A stretch of DNA of 64,000 bases from a bacterium. GTDB taxonomy: Bacteria; Zhuqueibacterota; QNDG01; JAGLOF01. The notes under the pieces were generated by a model. It was given only the letters and a program-made list of their open reading frames with translations, was not told the origin of the DNA and made no database searches. Every line of letters begins with the position of its first letter. Position 1 is the stretch's first letter. A program made the translations under genes and the position numbers. The stretch lies in NCBI GenBank assembly GCA_023139105.1, contig JAGLOF010000016.1, positions 959 to 64,958 on the forward strand, written 5' to 3'. Of the stretch, positions 56,042-64,000 are shown piece after piece.

Positions 56042-58052
56042 GAGAATTCTTGTAACAAGTGCTCTACCCTATGCTAATGGTCCCCTGCATCTTGGACATA
56101 TTGCCGGTGCATATCTTCCGGCGGACATATACGTTCGTTACCAACGCCTCATAGGTAGTGATATTGTATATATCTGCGGTTCTGACGAACACGGTGTACC
56201 CATAACCGTAACTGCAGATAAAGAGGGGATTGCACCCCAGGACGTAGTAGATCGATTTCACGGCATGAACAAGTCCTCTTTTGAAGATCTGGGCATCAGC
56301 TTTGATAATTACTCCAGGACCACCCTGCCGATTCACCATGAAACTGCCAGGGAATTCTTCACCAAGCTGCATAATGAGGGCCATCTTATTGTAAAAGAGT
56401 CTGAACAATACTTTAGTGAGTCAGCCCAAAAATTTCTTCCGGATAGATATGTTGAAGGCCAATGTCCACACTGTCAAGATGAGGGTGCCAGAGGTGATCA
56501 ATGTGATAACTGCGGAAAGTGGCTGGAACCGGGTGAGCTGCTGAAGCCCCGCTCTAAAATGGATGGTTCTGTCCCTGTCTTAAAAAATACACGACACTGG
56601 TATCTGCCCATGGGCAGTTTTTCCAAAGAGTGGAAAGAATGGTTTGACAGCCATGAATGGCCGCAAAATGTTCGTAATTACTGTCTGGGATGGTATAAAG
56701 AAGGACTTGGCGACAGGCCTATCACCCGTGATCTGAACTGGGGTATCGATGTGCCGCTGGAAGATGCCAATGGCAAAGTCTTATACGTATGGTTTGATGC
56801 TCCTATCGGCTATATTTCATCCACCAAGGAGTGGGCACAGAACAAAGGTCAGCCGGAGAAATGGAAAGAATACTGGCTAGACCAGGAGACTGAGCTTGTA
56901 CATTTTATTGGCAAAGACAATATTGTATTTCACGCCATTCTCTTCCCCATGATGCTCAAAGAAATGGGCGGATATATTCGCCCCACGGCCATTCCGGCTA
57001 ATGAGTATCTGACAATAGAAGGCAGGAAAATCTCCACCAGTCGGAATTATGCAATCTGGGTGAAAGACTACTTGCAGATCTTTGAACCCGATCCTTTAAG
57101 ATTTACACTTGCGGCCAATGCACCCGAGACAAAGGACACCGACTTCTCCTGGAAGCAGCTTCAGTCACGCAATAATGATGAATTGGCAGACATTCTCGGT
57201 AACTTCATCAATCGAACCATGACTTTTATTCATAAATATTATGACGGCATAGTCCCGGGTAAACACGCTCTCTCGGATATGGACAGAGAGATGCTGGCAG
57301 TACTTCACGATGCGCCGGACACTATGGCCGCCCTGTTTGAGTCATTTCAGGTACGCAAAGCAGTGAAAGCATTTATGGATATATGCCGCTCTGCCAACAA
57401 ATACTTTAATGACAAGGCGCCCTGGGAGGCACGAAAGAATGACCTGGAGTCATGTGCCACAACATTGACAATTTGTGTAGAAATTGCCCAGGCGTTGGCT
57501 ACATTGATGTCTCCCATCGTACCATTCTCTTCTGAAAAACTCCTTCCAATGCTTGGTTTGACAAAACCACTGGATTGGAATGCAATAAAATCATCTGATG
57601 TCAAAAAAGGCCATAAACTTGGCGCACCCGGCATACTCTTCCCAAAGATTGAAGATGATGTAATACAAATTGAAATCGAAAAACTAAAAGCCATGGCCGA
57701 ACCTAAAATTGAATTTGAAGCAATTGCAGATACTATTGACTTTGATCAGTTCAAGGCTGTAGATCTGCGAACTGCCAAAGTTATACATGCCGAAAAAATT
57801 AAAAAAGCAAATAAACTTCTGCGGCTGGAAGTCGATATAGCAGGCGAGAAGCGTCAGATTGTTGCCGGAATAGCCCGCAGCTACAAACCTGAGGCCCTCA
57901 TAGGCAAGACAATATTGGTAGTGGCCAATCTGGCTACTGTCAAAATACGAGGCGTGGAATCACAGGGAATGGTACTGGCTCTGGCAACAGGTGACAATTT
58001 CACTCTACTCACACCCGACGGCGACATGCCATCGGGAATCCGTGTGGAATGA
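56031..58052 (+). CDS. metG: Methionyl-tRNA synthetase with C-terminal tRNA-binding domain
   Basis: VTSALPYANGPLHLGHIAGAYLPADIYVRYQRL; C-terminal IDFDQFKAVDLRTAKVIHAEKIKKANKLLRLEVD. Confidence 0.97.
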   Translation: MKTKRILVTSALPYANGPLHLGHIAGAYLPADIYVRYQRLIGSDIVYICGSDEHGVPITVTADKEGIAPQDVVDRFHGMNKSSFEDLGISFDNYSRTTLPIHHETAREFFTKLHNEGHLIVKESEQYFSESAQKFLPDRYVEGQCPHCQDEGARGDQCDNCGKWLEPGELLKPRSKMDGSVPVLKNTRHWYLPMGSFSKEWKEWFDSHEWPQNVRNYCLGWYKEGLGDRPITRDLNWGIDVPLEDANGKVLYVWFDAPIGYISSTKEWAQNKGQPEKWKEYWLDQETELVHFIGKDNIVFHAILFPMMLKEMGGYIRPTAIPANEYLTIEGRKISTSRNYAIWVKDYLQIFEPDPLRFTLAANAPETKDTDFSWKQLQSRNNDELADILGNFINRTMTFIHKYYDGIVPGKHALSDMDREMLAVLHDAPDTMAALFESFQVRKAVKAFMDICRSANKYFNDKAPWEARKNDLESCATTLTICVEIAQALATLMSPIVPFSSEKLLPMLGLTKPLDWNAIKSSDVKKGHKLGAPGILFPKIEDDVIQIEIEKLKAMAEPKIEFEAIADTIDFDQFKAVDLRTAKVIHAEKIKKANKLLRLEVDIAGEKRQIVAGIARSYKPEALIGKTILVVANLATVKIRGVESQGMVLALATGDNFTLLTPDGDMPSGIRVE

Positions 58053-58825
58053 GTATGTGGATAGATACGCATGCCCATTTGGACATGGCTGCTTTCAATG
58101 ACGACCTTGATTCTGTACTCAAACGTGCAGAAGATGAAGGTGTTAAGCGCATTATCACCATTGGTATAGACATTGAATCCAGCCGCAAGGCATTGGAACT
58201 TGCTGAAAAACACCTCAATGTATTTGCATCTGTGGGAATTCATCCTCATGAAGCTGGCAAAGCATCAGAGGAAGATCTTGAAACGCTGATCGGCCTTCTG
58301 GCTCATCCAAAATGTGTCGCTCTAGGTGAAGCCGGTCTTGATTATCACTATGATTATTCTCCCCGGGATGTACAGCATTCTATCTTCAAAACGCAACTCA
58401 GGCTGGCCAATGCCTTAAAAAAACCGCTTATCATTCATGTCCGTGAAGCCATGGAAGATGCGCTGAACATCATCGACTCTGTTAGTACGCAGCAATGGAA
58501 CGGAGTTTTTCACTGTTACGGCGGTGAAGCATACGAAGTACCGGAAGTAATAAAAAGAGGTTTTCACATAGGCTTTACCGGTGTAGTGACATTTAAGAAT
58601 TTCAAAAATGCCGATACCGTGCGTCAGGTGCCCATTAACCGCTTATTGGTAGAGACAGATGCACCATATATGGCACCTACACCGTTTAGAGGGAAACGGA
58701 GTGAGCCTATGCATGTAGCAACAACAGGCACAGCATTAGCAGAACTGCTGGAAATGGATGTTGACATACTAGCCGCTCAGACCAGCAGAAACGCCAAATC
58801 ACTCTTCAGATTGACGGTAGACTAA
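58049..58825 (+). CDS. tatD: TatD-family hydrolase
   Basis: WIDTHAHLDMAAFNDD; VGIHPHEA; GEAGLDYHYD; FHCYGG; LVETDAPYMAP. Confidence 0.96.
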   Translation: MSMWIDTHAHLDMAAFNDDLDSVLKRAEDEGVKRIITIGIDIESSRKALELAEKHLNVFASVGIHPHEAGKASEEDLETLIGLLAHPKCVALGEAGLDYHYDYSPRDVQHSIFKTQLRLANALKKPLIIHVREAMEDALNIIDSVSTQQWNGVFHCYGGEAYEVPEVIKRGFHIGFTGVVTFKNFKNADTVRQVPINRLLVETDAPYMAPTPFRGKRSEPMHVATTGTALAELLEMDVDILAAQTSRNAKSLFRLTVD

Positions 58826-59604
58826 TGGGCATCAAACCAATAAAATCACTTAGTCAGCATTTTCTGATCGATGATATTATCTCAGATCAGATCGTTGACT
58901 CTATGGATATTCAAGCAGGTGAGCATATTCTGGAGATCGGACCTGGCGAAGGTGTTCTGACAGACCGCATAATGAATACTCCGGCAGCTCGTTTGACTGC
59001 TGTGGAACTGGATCGACGGCTCTCAATGTTCCTGCGGGTCAGGCATGAAAGTGATAGCCGTTTTACCTTGATTGAAGATGATTTTTTAAATGTTGATCTC
59101 AATGATCTTGCTGCCGGCAACAAGATGCGGATAATTGGCAACTTGCCATATTCCATCACATCTCCCATACTCTTCCGGCTGCTTGATTGCCGTGAGATCA
59201 TTAGCGACATCACAGTAATGGTACAAAAAGAAGTAGCTGACAGACTAACGTCTATGCCTAATTGTAAGGCATACGGCATTCCGTCAGTATTATTTCAGCT
59301 GCTGGCAAAAGTTGAACATATATGTGACGTGGCTCCCAATGCTTTCAGGCCACCGCCCAAGGTGCACTCTGCCGTAATACGCATTAGTATTTTAGATACA
59401 CCGAAAGCCCATGTTCAGGACTTTGAGGAATTCAGAACGCTGGTACGCACGGCATTTGGTCAACGTCGAAAAATGCTGCGTAATTCAATCAGAGCCTGGC
59501 TACCTGAAAATGAAAACATTGAATTGCCTGTTGCATTAACCCGCAGACCGGAATCTTTGAGCGTATTGGAATGGGCCCAGCTCTCCAATACCTTGTGTAA
59601 ATAA
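58825..59604 (+). CDS. rsmA: 16S rRNA (adenine1518-N6/1519-N6)-dimethyltransferase
   Basis: LSQHFLIDD; ILEIGPGEGVLTDRI; IIGNLPYSITSPILF. Confidence 0.96.
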   Translation: MGIKPIKSLSQHFLIDDIISDQIVDSMDIQAGEHILEIGPGEGVLTDRIMNTPAARLTAVELDRRLSMFLRVRHESDSRFTLIEDDFLNVDLNDLAAGNKMRIIGNLPYSITSPILFRLLDCREIISDITVMVQKEVADRLTSMPNCKAYGIPSVLFQLLAKVEHICDVAPNAFRPPPKVHSAVIRISILDTPKAHVQDFEEFRTLVRTAFGQRRKMLRNSIRAWLPENENIELPVALTRRPESLSVLEWAQLSNTLCK

Positions 59605-59629
59605 AAATTATACTAAACCGGATTTTACT

Positions 59630-60991
59630 ATGGATGAAATACATCTGAAAACATCGTTTGCCGATATCATCTCCGATAATATAGAAGGGGGCCGTCTCAA
59701 CAAGGTACGCGCCCTGGTGGATGATCTCCATCCCGCAGATATTGCGGAGGCAATTGACCGCCTGGATCCCGACTACGGTTTGCAGGTCTTTGGATATCTG
59801 GAGACCGAGACTGCCGCCGAAGTGCTGATTGAATTGGATGAATCAGTACGGCAGCGCATTGTAGCACCACTCACAGAAGAACTTTTGGTTGCAATTATCG
59901 CCGAAATGGATTCTGATGATGCAGCCGATGTTCTCTACGAACTGGACGAGAAGCGTCAACAGCTGATTCTGGCAGCCATGCCCGGCAAGGATCAGCGTGA
60001 AGTCCGCACACTGCTCCGTCACGATGAAGAGTCTGCCGGTGGACTGATGGCCCTTGAGATTGTGGCGGTTAATCAACATCGCACCGCTGAAGAGGCCCTG
60101 GAAGTTCTAAGACGTAAATCCGATGAAATTGACGATGTATACAATATATATGCTGTGGATAGCCGTGGGCACTTGCGCGGTGCAGTTTCTCTGAAAGACG
60201 TGGTTCTGGCAGAACCGAAAACCAAACTTCTGGAATTGATCGAAGATGATGTAATTGCCATACGTCCGGAGATGGATCAGGAAGAAGTAGCTCATCTCTT
60301 TCAAAAATATGATTTGGTTGCTGCACCTGTCGTTGATGAAAACAACAAGCTTGTTGGCCGTATTACTGTTGATGATGTGCTGGATGTTGTTGAAGAAGAG
60401 GCCAGCGAAGATATGTCCATGATGGCCGGTATTACAGATGAAGCCATACGCGAAAGGTCTATTTTCCGCCGCGCCTGGGTACGTCTTCCATGGCTGCTTG
60501 TAGCCTTTGCCGGTGAGATGGTCTCTGCTTTGATTATGAGCAGTTTTTCTGATAGAATTGAATTTATAATAACATCCGCCTTCTTCATACCTCTGATCAT
60601 GGCCATGGGAGGCAATACTGGCATTCAATCGGCAACAATTGTAATCCGCGGCCTTGCAACAGGAGAATTCAATACATCGGATACCAAGAAACGACTTTTT
60701 TCAGAACTCTCTGTGGCCCTCTTCAACGGACTCATTATTGGCTTGCTTGTAATGGGCGTTGTCACAGCCTGGCTCCATACATGGAAGCTGGGGCTAGTCT
60801 TGTCCGGAGCCCTCATCGCAGTTATTATTAATGCGACTCTCATGGGCACACTGATACCCTTTGTTTTGAAACGATTTAAAATTGACCCTGCTGTTGCCAC
60901 AGGACCATTTATCACAACATCCAATGATATTCTGGGACTACTGATATATTTCAGTATGATATTCATATTTAAGGGCTGGTTACAGTCATAA
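59630..60991 (+). CDS. mgtE: MgtE magnesium transporter
   Basis: MgtE N-terminal domain plus CBS pair; FIPLIMAMGGNTGIQSATIVIRGLATG. Confidence 0.95.
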   Translation: MDEIHLKTSFADIISDNIEGGRLNKVRALVDDLHPADIAEAIDRLDPDYGLQVFGYLETETAAEVLIELDESVRQRIVAPLTEELLVAIIAEMDSDDAADVLYELDEKRQQLILAAMPGKDQREVRTLLRHDEESAGGLMALEIVAVNQHRTAEEALEVLRRKSDEIDDVYNIYAVDSRGHLRGAVSLKDVVLAEPKTKLLELIEDDVIAIRPEMDQEEVAHLFQKYDLVAAPVVDENNKLVGRITVDDVLDVVEEEASEDMSMMAGITDEAIRERSIFRRAWVRLPWLLVAFAGEMVSALIMSSFSDRIEFIITSAFFIPLIMAMGGNTGIQSATIVIRGLATGEFNTSDTKKRLFSELSVALFNGLIIGLLVMGVVTAWLHTWKLGLVLSGALIAVIINATLMGTLIPFVLKRFKIDPAVATGPFITTSNDILGLLIYFSMIFIFKGWLQS

Positions 60992-60995
60992 GTTT

Positions 60996-61754
60996 ATGGC
61001 TATTTTAAATACAGAAGCAATTATCCTCAAAGGATGGAAGCTTAGAGAAACATCAAAAATTCTCCAGCTATATACCAGAGATTACGGTAAGGTCAGGGTT
61101 GTGGCAAAAGGCGGCAGAGATCCTAAAAGTCCATTTAAAGGCTGCCTTGAACCAATGACACACCTAAACATTATTTACTATGACAAACGAACTCGTGATC
61201 TTCAGCTTTTAAGTAAGGTTGATTTAATTGATCCGCACTATCATATTATTGGCGATATGCCCAGGACAACACTGGGCCTGGCAGTTGCCGAACTTACAGA
61301 CAAGGCCGTAGCAGGTGAAGAGTCTTTCCCTGAAGTTTTTGACCTGCTTTCAGGGACACTCTCTGCGCTGGACAGGATGGATGACTTCCTGGAAGCCTAT
61401 ATATGGTACTTTCAGACACACTTCATAGGACTTATGGGGTATAAACCAATATGGGATTCATGCCTGCACTGCGGCACCTCCCTGGGGCTTGAAGGTGGTG
61501 CCTTTCATCCTGAGAGCGGCGGCCTGATATGCCGCAACTGTGGAGGCGGCGGTCTATGGGTATCAAGCGATACACTGGAGATACTCTTTTTTCTGCAACG
61601 CTGTAACCAGGACGAGGCCGGCAGCCTGAAACCGGGTAAAGCACAAAAATTTGAGATTCGTAAACTCTTTGATCTATATTTTAGGGCCCATATCGAACAT
61701 ATGAAAAGGATAGAATCCCTGAGACTATATTACTCTCTGTGTGATGCAGAATGA
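60996..61754 (+). CDS. recO: DNA repair protein RecO
   Basis: EAIILKGWKLRETSKILQLYTRDYGKVRVVAKGGRDPKSPFKG; CHCGT..., CRNCGG-type cysteines. Confidence 0.93.
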   Translation: MAILNTEAIILKGWKLRETSKILQLYTRDYGKVRVVAKGGRDPKSPFKGCLEPMTHLNIIYYDKRTRDLQLLSKVDLIDPHYHIIGDMPRTTLGLAVAELTDKAVAGEESFPEVFDLLSGTLSALDRMDDFLEAYIWYFQTHFIGLMGYKPIWDSCLHCGTSLGLEGGAFHPESGGLICRNCGGGGLWVSSDTLEILFFLQRCNQDEAGSLKPGKAQKFEIRKLFDLYFRAHIEHMKRIESLRLYYSLCDAE

Positions 61755-61836
61755 ATCAAACTTATATCAAATTGAAGACTTTGCATCATTAATCAGTAAA
61801 ACCAAGGCAGCACTGCGCCAATAAAAGGAGGTTTCT

Positions 61837-63159
61837 GTGTCAGTAACAATGGAAAAAATTGTCTCTTTATGTAAACGAAGAGGTTTCATATTTCAGTCAA
61901 GCGAGATCTATGGAGGCATTAATGCCTGCTATGACTATGGCCCGCTGGGTGTGGAATTAAAGAAAAACATCAAGGATTTTTGGTGGAAATCTATGGTATA
62001 CGACCATCGCAATATAGTTGGTCTTGATTCTGCCATTCTTATGCACCCCCGCATCTGGGAGGCCTCAGGCCATGTTGCAGGTTTTAACGACCCTATGGTC
62101 GATTGCCGCCAATGCAAGGCCCGTTTCCGCGAGGATGAAATCGATCCGAAAAAACTTGCAGCAGGTCAATGCCCACGCTGTGGCAACAAGGACGTCCTGA
62201 CAGAACCACGCCAGTTTAACCTTATGTTTAAGACTCATATGGGTCCGGTGGCTGAAGACGCATCGCAGATCTATCTTCGACCGGAAACCGCTCAGGGCAT
62301 ATATGTCAACTATAAAAATGTTCTGGATTCCTCACGTCAGAAAATACCCTTTGGCATTGCCCAGATTGGTAAGGCCTTCAGAAATGAGATCACACCGGGA
62401 AACTTTATATTCCGCACGCGGGAATTTGAACAGATGGAAATGCAATACTTTGTCCAGCCCGGCGATGATATTGAAGCACTTGAAATGTGGAAAGAACGCC
62501 GCATGGCCTATTATGACAAGCTTGGTCTTAATATGTCGAAATTACGCTTTGAAGAACACGGCCCTGATGAACTGGCCCACTATGCTAAAGCCGCATTTGA
62601 TGTGGAGTATGAATTCCCCATCGGCTGGAAAGAGCTGGAAGGCGTGCATAACAGAACAGATTTTGATCTTTCAGCTCATCAGGAGCACTCTGGCAAAGAT
62701 CTCAGGTATTTCAATGACCAGACGCGTGAGCGCTTTCTTCCCTACATCATCGAGACCTCTGCCGGTGTGGATCGCACTCTTTTAGCCTGTTTAGCAGATG
62801 CATATGAAGAGGAACAACTGGAGAAAGAGAAACGAACTGTTCTTCATCTTTCACCAGCCATTGCACCTTTCAAGGCAGCAATTTTCCCACTTGTAAAAAA
62901 AGAGGGTATGCCGGAAATTGCCTTAAAAATCTATGATGATCTGAGAGGCGACATGAACGTATTCTACGATGCTCAAGGTGCTGTTGGACGCCGTTACCGC
63001 CGCCAGGATGAGGCAGGAACACCTTTCTGCATTACCGTAGACTCTCAAACACTGGAAGATCAAACAGTGACTTTAAGAGACCGTGACTCCATGGAGCAAT
63101 TACGAATATCCATGTCTGCTCTAAAGCAGGCACTGCAGGATAAAATTAAAGGGGAATAA
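61837..63159 (+). CDS. glyS: Glycyl-tRNA synthetase (alpha2, class II)
   Basis: LCKRRGFIFQSSEIYGGINACYDYGPLGVELKKNIKD; YLRPETAQGIYVNYKNVL; PFGIAQIGKAFRNEITPGNFIFRTREFEQMEMQYF. Confidence 0.97.
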   Translation: MSVTMEKIVSLCKRRGFIFQSSEIYGGINACYDYGPLGVELKKNIKDFWWKSMVYDHRNIVGLDSAILMHPRIWEASGHVAGFNDPMVDCRQCKARFREDEIDPKKLAAGQCPRCGNKDVLTEPRQFNLMFKTHMGPVAEDASQIYLRPETAQGIYVNYKNVLDSSRQKIPFGIAQIGKAFRNEITPGNFIFRTREFEQMEMQYFVQPGDDIEALEMWKERRMAYYDKLGLNMSKLRFEEHGPDELAHYAKAAFDVEYEFPIGWKELEGVHNRTDFDLSAHQEHSGKDLRYFNDQTRERFLPYIIETSAGVDRTLLACLADAYEEEQLEKEKRTVLHLSPAIAPFKAAIFPLVKKEGMPEIALKIYDDLRGDMNVFYDAQGAVGRRYRRQDEAGTPFCITVDSQTLEDQTVTLRDRDSMEQLRISMSALKQALQDKIKGE

Positions 63160-63236
63160 GGCATTAGCATGGTAAAAGCTCCACGTAAATTAACATTTTT
63201 CATCTCTTTTTTATGAAATTTGTGAATACAATTCAT

Positions 63237-63266
63237 TTGACAGCAGCTAAAAAGTACAAGTATATT
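63237..63266 (+). promoter_or_regulatory. Sigma70-like promoter for ssb
   Basis: TTGACA - 18 bp - TATATT about 40 bp upstream of the ssb start. Confidence 0.5.
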
Positions 63267-63306
63267 TAGAGATCGATATAATTTAATACTATAAAAGGAG
63301 GCTCCA

Positions 63307-63729
63307 ATGGCCAGAGGAAAAGGCACAATAAACAAAGTTACTTTAATTGGAAGACTGGGTGCAGATCCACAACTTAGATACACACCTTCAGGCAGAGCAA
63401 GTGCTACTTTCAATATTGCCACTAATTACGGTTGGAAAGATAATGACGGCAATCCACAAGAACGAACCGATTGGCATCGCATTGTAGCCTGGGGAAAACT
63501 AGCCGAAATTATGGGCGAATGGTTAAAAAAAGGCAGCCTGGTATATCTGGATGGACGTCTTCAAACCAGAAATTATGAAGATAACGGTGTTAAAAAATAT
63601 ATTACCGAAGTTGTTGTCACAGATATGGAAATGTTGGGACGTAAGGGTGAAAGCGGCGGATCAGGCGGATCTGAACCTCTACCTGAAGAGCCTCCGGTAA
63701 TTGATCAGAATGATGATTTGCCATTCTAA
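63307..63729 (+). CDS. ssb: Single-stranded DNA-binding protein
   Basis: INKVTLIGRLGADPQLRYTPSGRASATFNIATNYGWK...EWLKKGSLVYLDGRLQTR...; acidic tail DQNDDLPF. Confidence 0.96.
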   Translation: MARGKGTINKVTLIGRLGADPQLRYTPSGRASATFNIATNYGWKDNDGNPQERTDWHRIVAWGKLAEIMGEWLKKGSLVYLDGRLQTRNYEDNGVKKYITEVVVTDMEMLGRKGESGGSGGSEPLPEEPPVIDQNDDLPF

Positions 63730-63751
63730 TTTAATTTTATGATTAATCAGG

Positions 63752-63781
63752 AAAGGCCGGAACTTAATGTTCCGGCCTTTT
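63752..63781 (+). terminator. Rho-independent terminator of ssb
   Basis: aaaggccggaac-ttaat-gttccggccttttt. Confidence 0.9.
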
Positions 63782-63803
63782 CAAGCCACACATGAGGATT
63801 ATT

Positions 63804-64000
63804 ATGAATTGGGATCTATTAATTCAAAAGGCTATAGAAGTGCGGGAGAACGCCTATGCCCCATATTCTAAATTTAAAGTAGGTGCCGCTCTCTTGACAG
63901 ATGACAATTCTATTATAACCGGCTGTAATGTGGAAAATGTCTCCTATGGCCTTACCACCTGTGCTGAACGTAATGCCGTTTATAAGGCAATGTCCAACGG
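63804..64000 (+). CDS. cdd: Cytidine deaminase, 5' part (runs off the window)
   Basis: MNWDLLIQKAIEVRENAYAPYSKFKVGAALLTDDNSIITGCNVENVSYGLTTCAERNAVYKAMSN. Confidence 0.95.
   Translation, partial: MNWDLLIQKAIEVRENAYAPYSKFKVGAALLTDDNSIITGCNVENVSYGLTTCAERNAVYKAMSN

Noticed and set aside
1-64000. Prophage, integrase, rRNA or tRNA features
   Set aside because: I found no phage structural genes, integrase or transposase CDS, rRNA, or convincing tRNA cloverleaf by eye; tRNAs cannot be fully excluded without tRNAscan-SE.

Overview
This 64 kb window looks like the chromosome of a Gram-negative-type (lipid A-bearing, T9SS-like) bacterium from a poorly sampled lineage. All well-supported genes left of about 33.2 kb are on the minus strand, and all genes right of it are on the plus strand. 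From left to right it contains: (1) 0-4.9 kb, a graveyard of small toxin-antitoxin-like genes (RelE/RelB-like, PIN, MqsA-like plus DUF4258, HicB, three MNT/HEPN modules) with partial duplications and in-frame decay; (2) 5.1-13.0 kb, a surface-polysaccharide locus (WbpD/WbpB/WbpE/WbpI-like sugar enzymes, a NusG/UpxY-like antiterminator and a Wzc-like tyrosine kinase); (3) 13.2-33.2 kb, housekeeping and envelope genes (lolA, ftsK, gcvT, rseP, dxr, LipM-like, lpxA, lpxC-fabZ fusion, lpxD, two skp/ompH, bamA, tamB-like, uppS); (4) 33.3-44.7 kb, moxR, terB-like, pyk, an M28 peptidase with a T9SS-type tail, DUF58, an orphan histidine kinase, and a queD-queE-queC-queF-folE2 operon; (5) 44.8-52.1 kb, a more GC-rich cassette (TetR, beta-barrel protein, Lol/MacB-like ABC transporter with two FtsX permeases, a second LolA-fold protein) flanked by repeated non-coding elements, one carrying a nested palindromic MITE; (6) 52.3-64 kb, bioY, an EnvC-like peptidase, holB, ricT, metG, tatD, rsmA, mgtE, recO, glyS, ssb and a partial cdd. 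I did not find a clearly unprecedented multi-gene system. The best leads are the repeat-flanked Lol-like cassette, the decayed MNT/HEPN and TA cluster, and the heptanucleotide intergenic repeats. All family calls come from reading motifs by eye; no database search was run.
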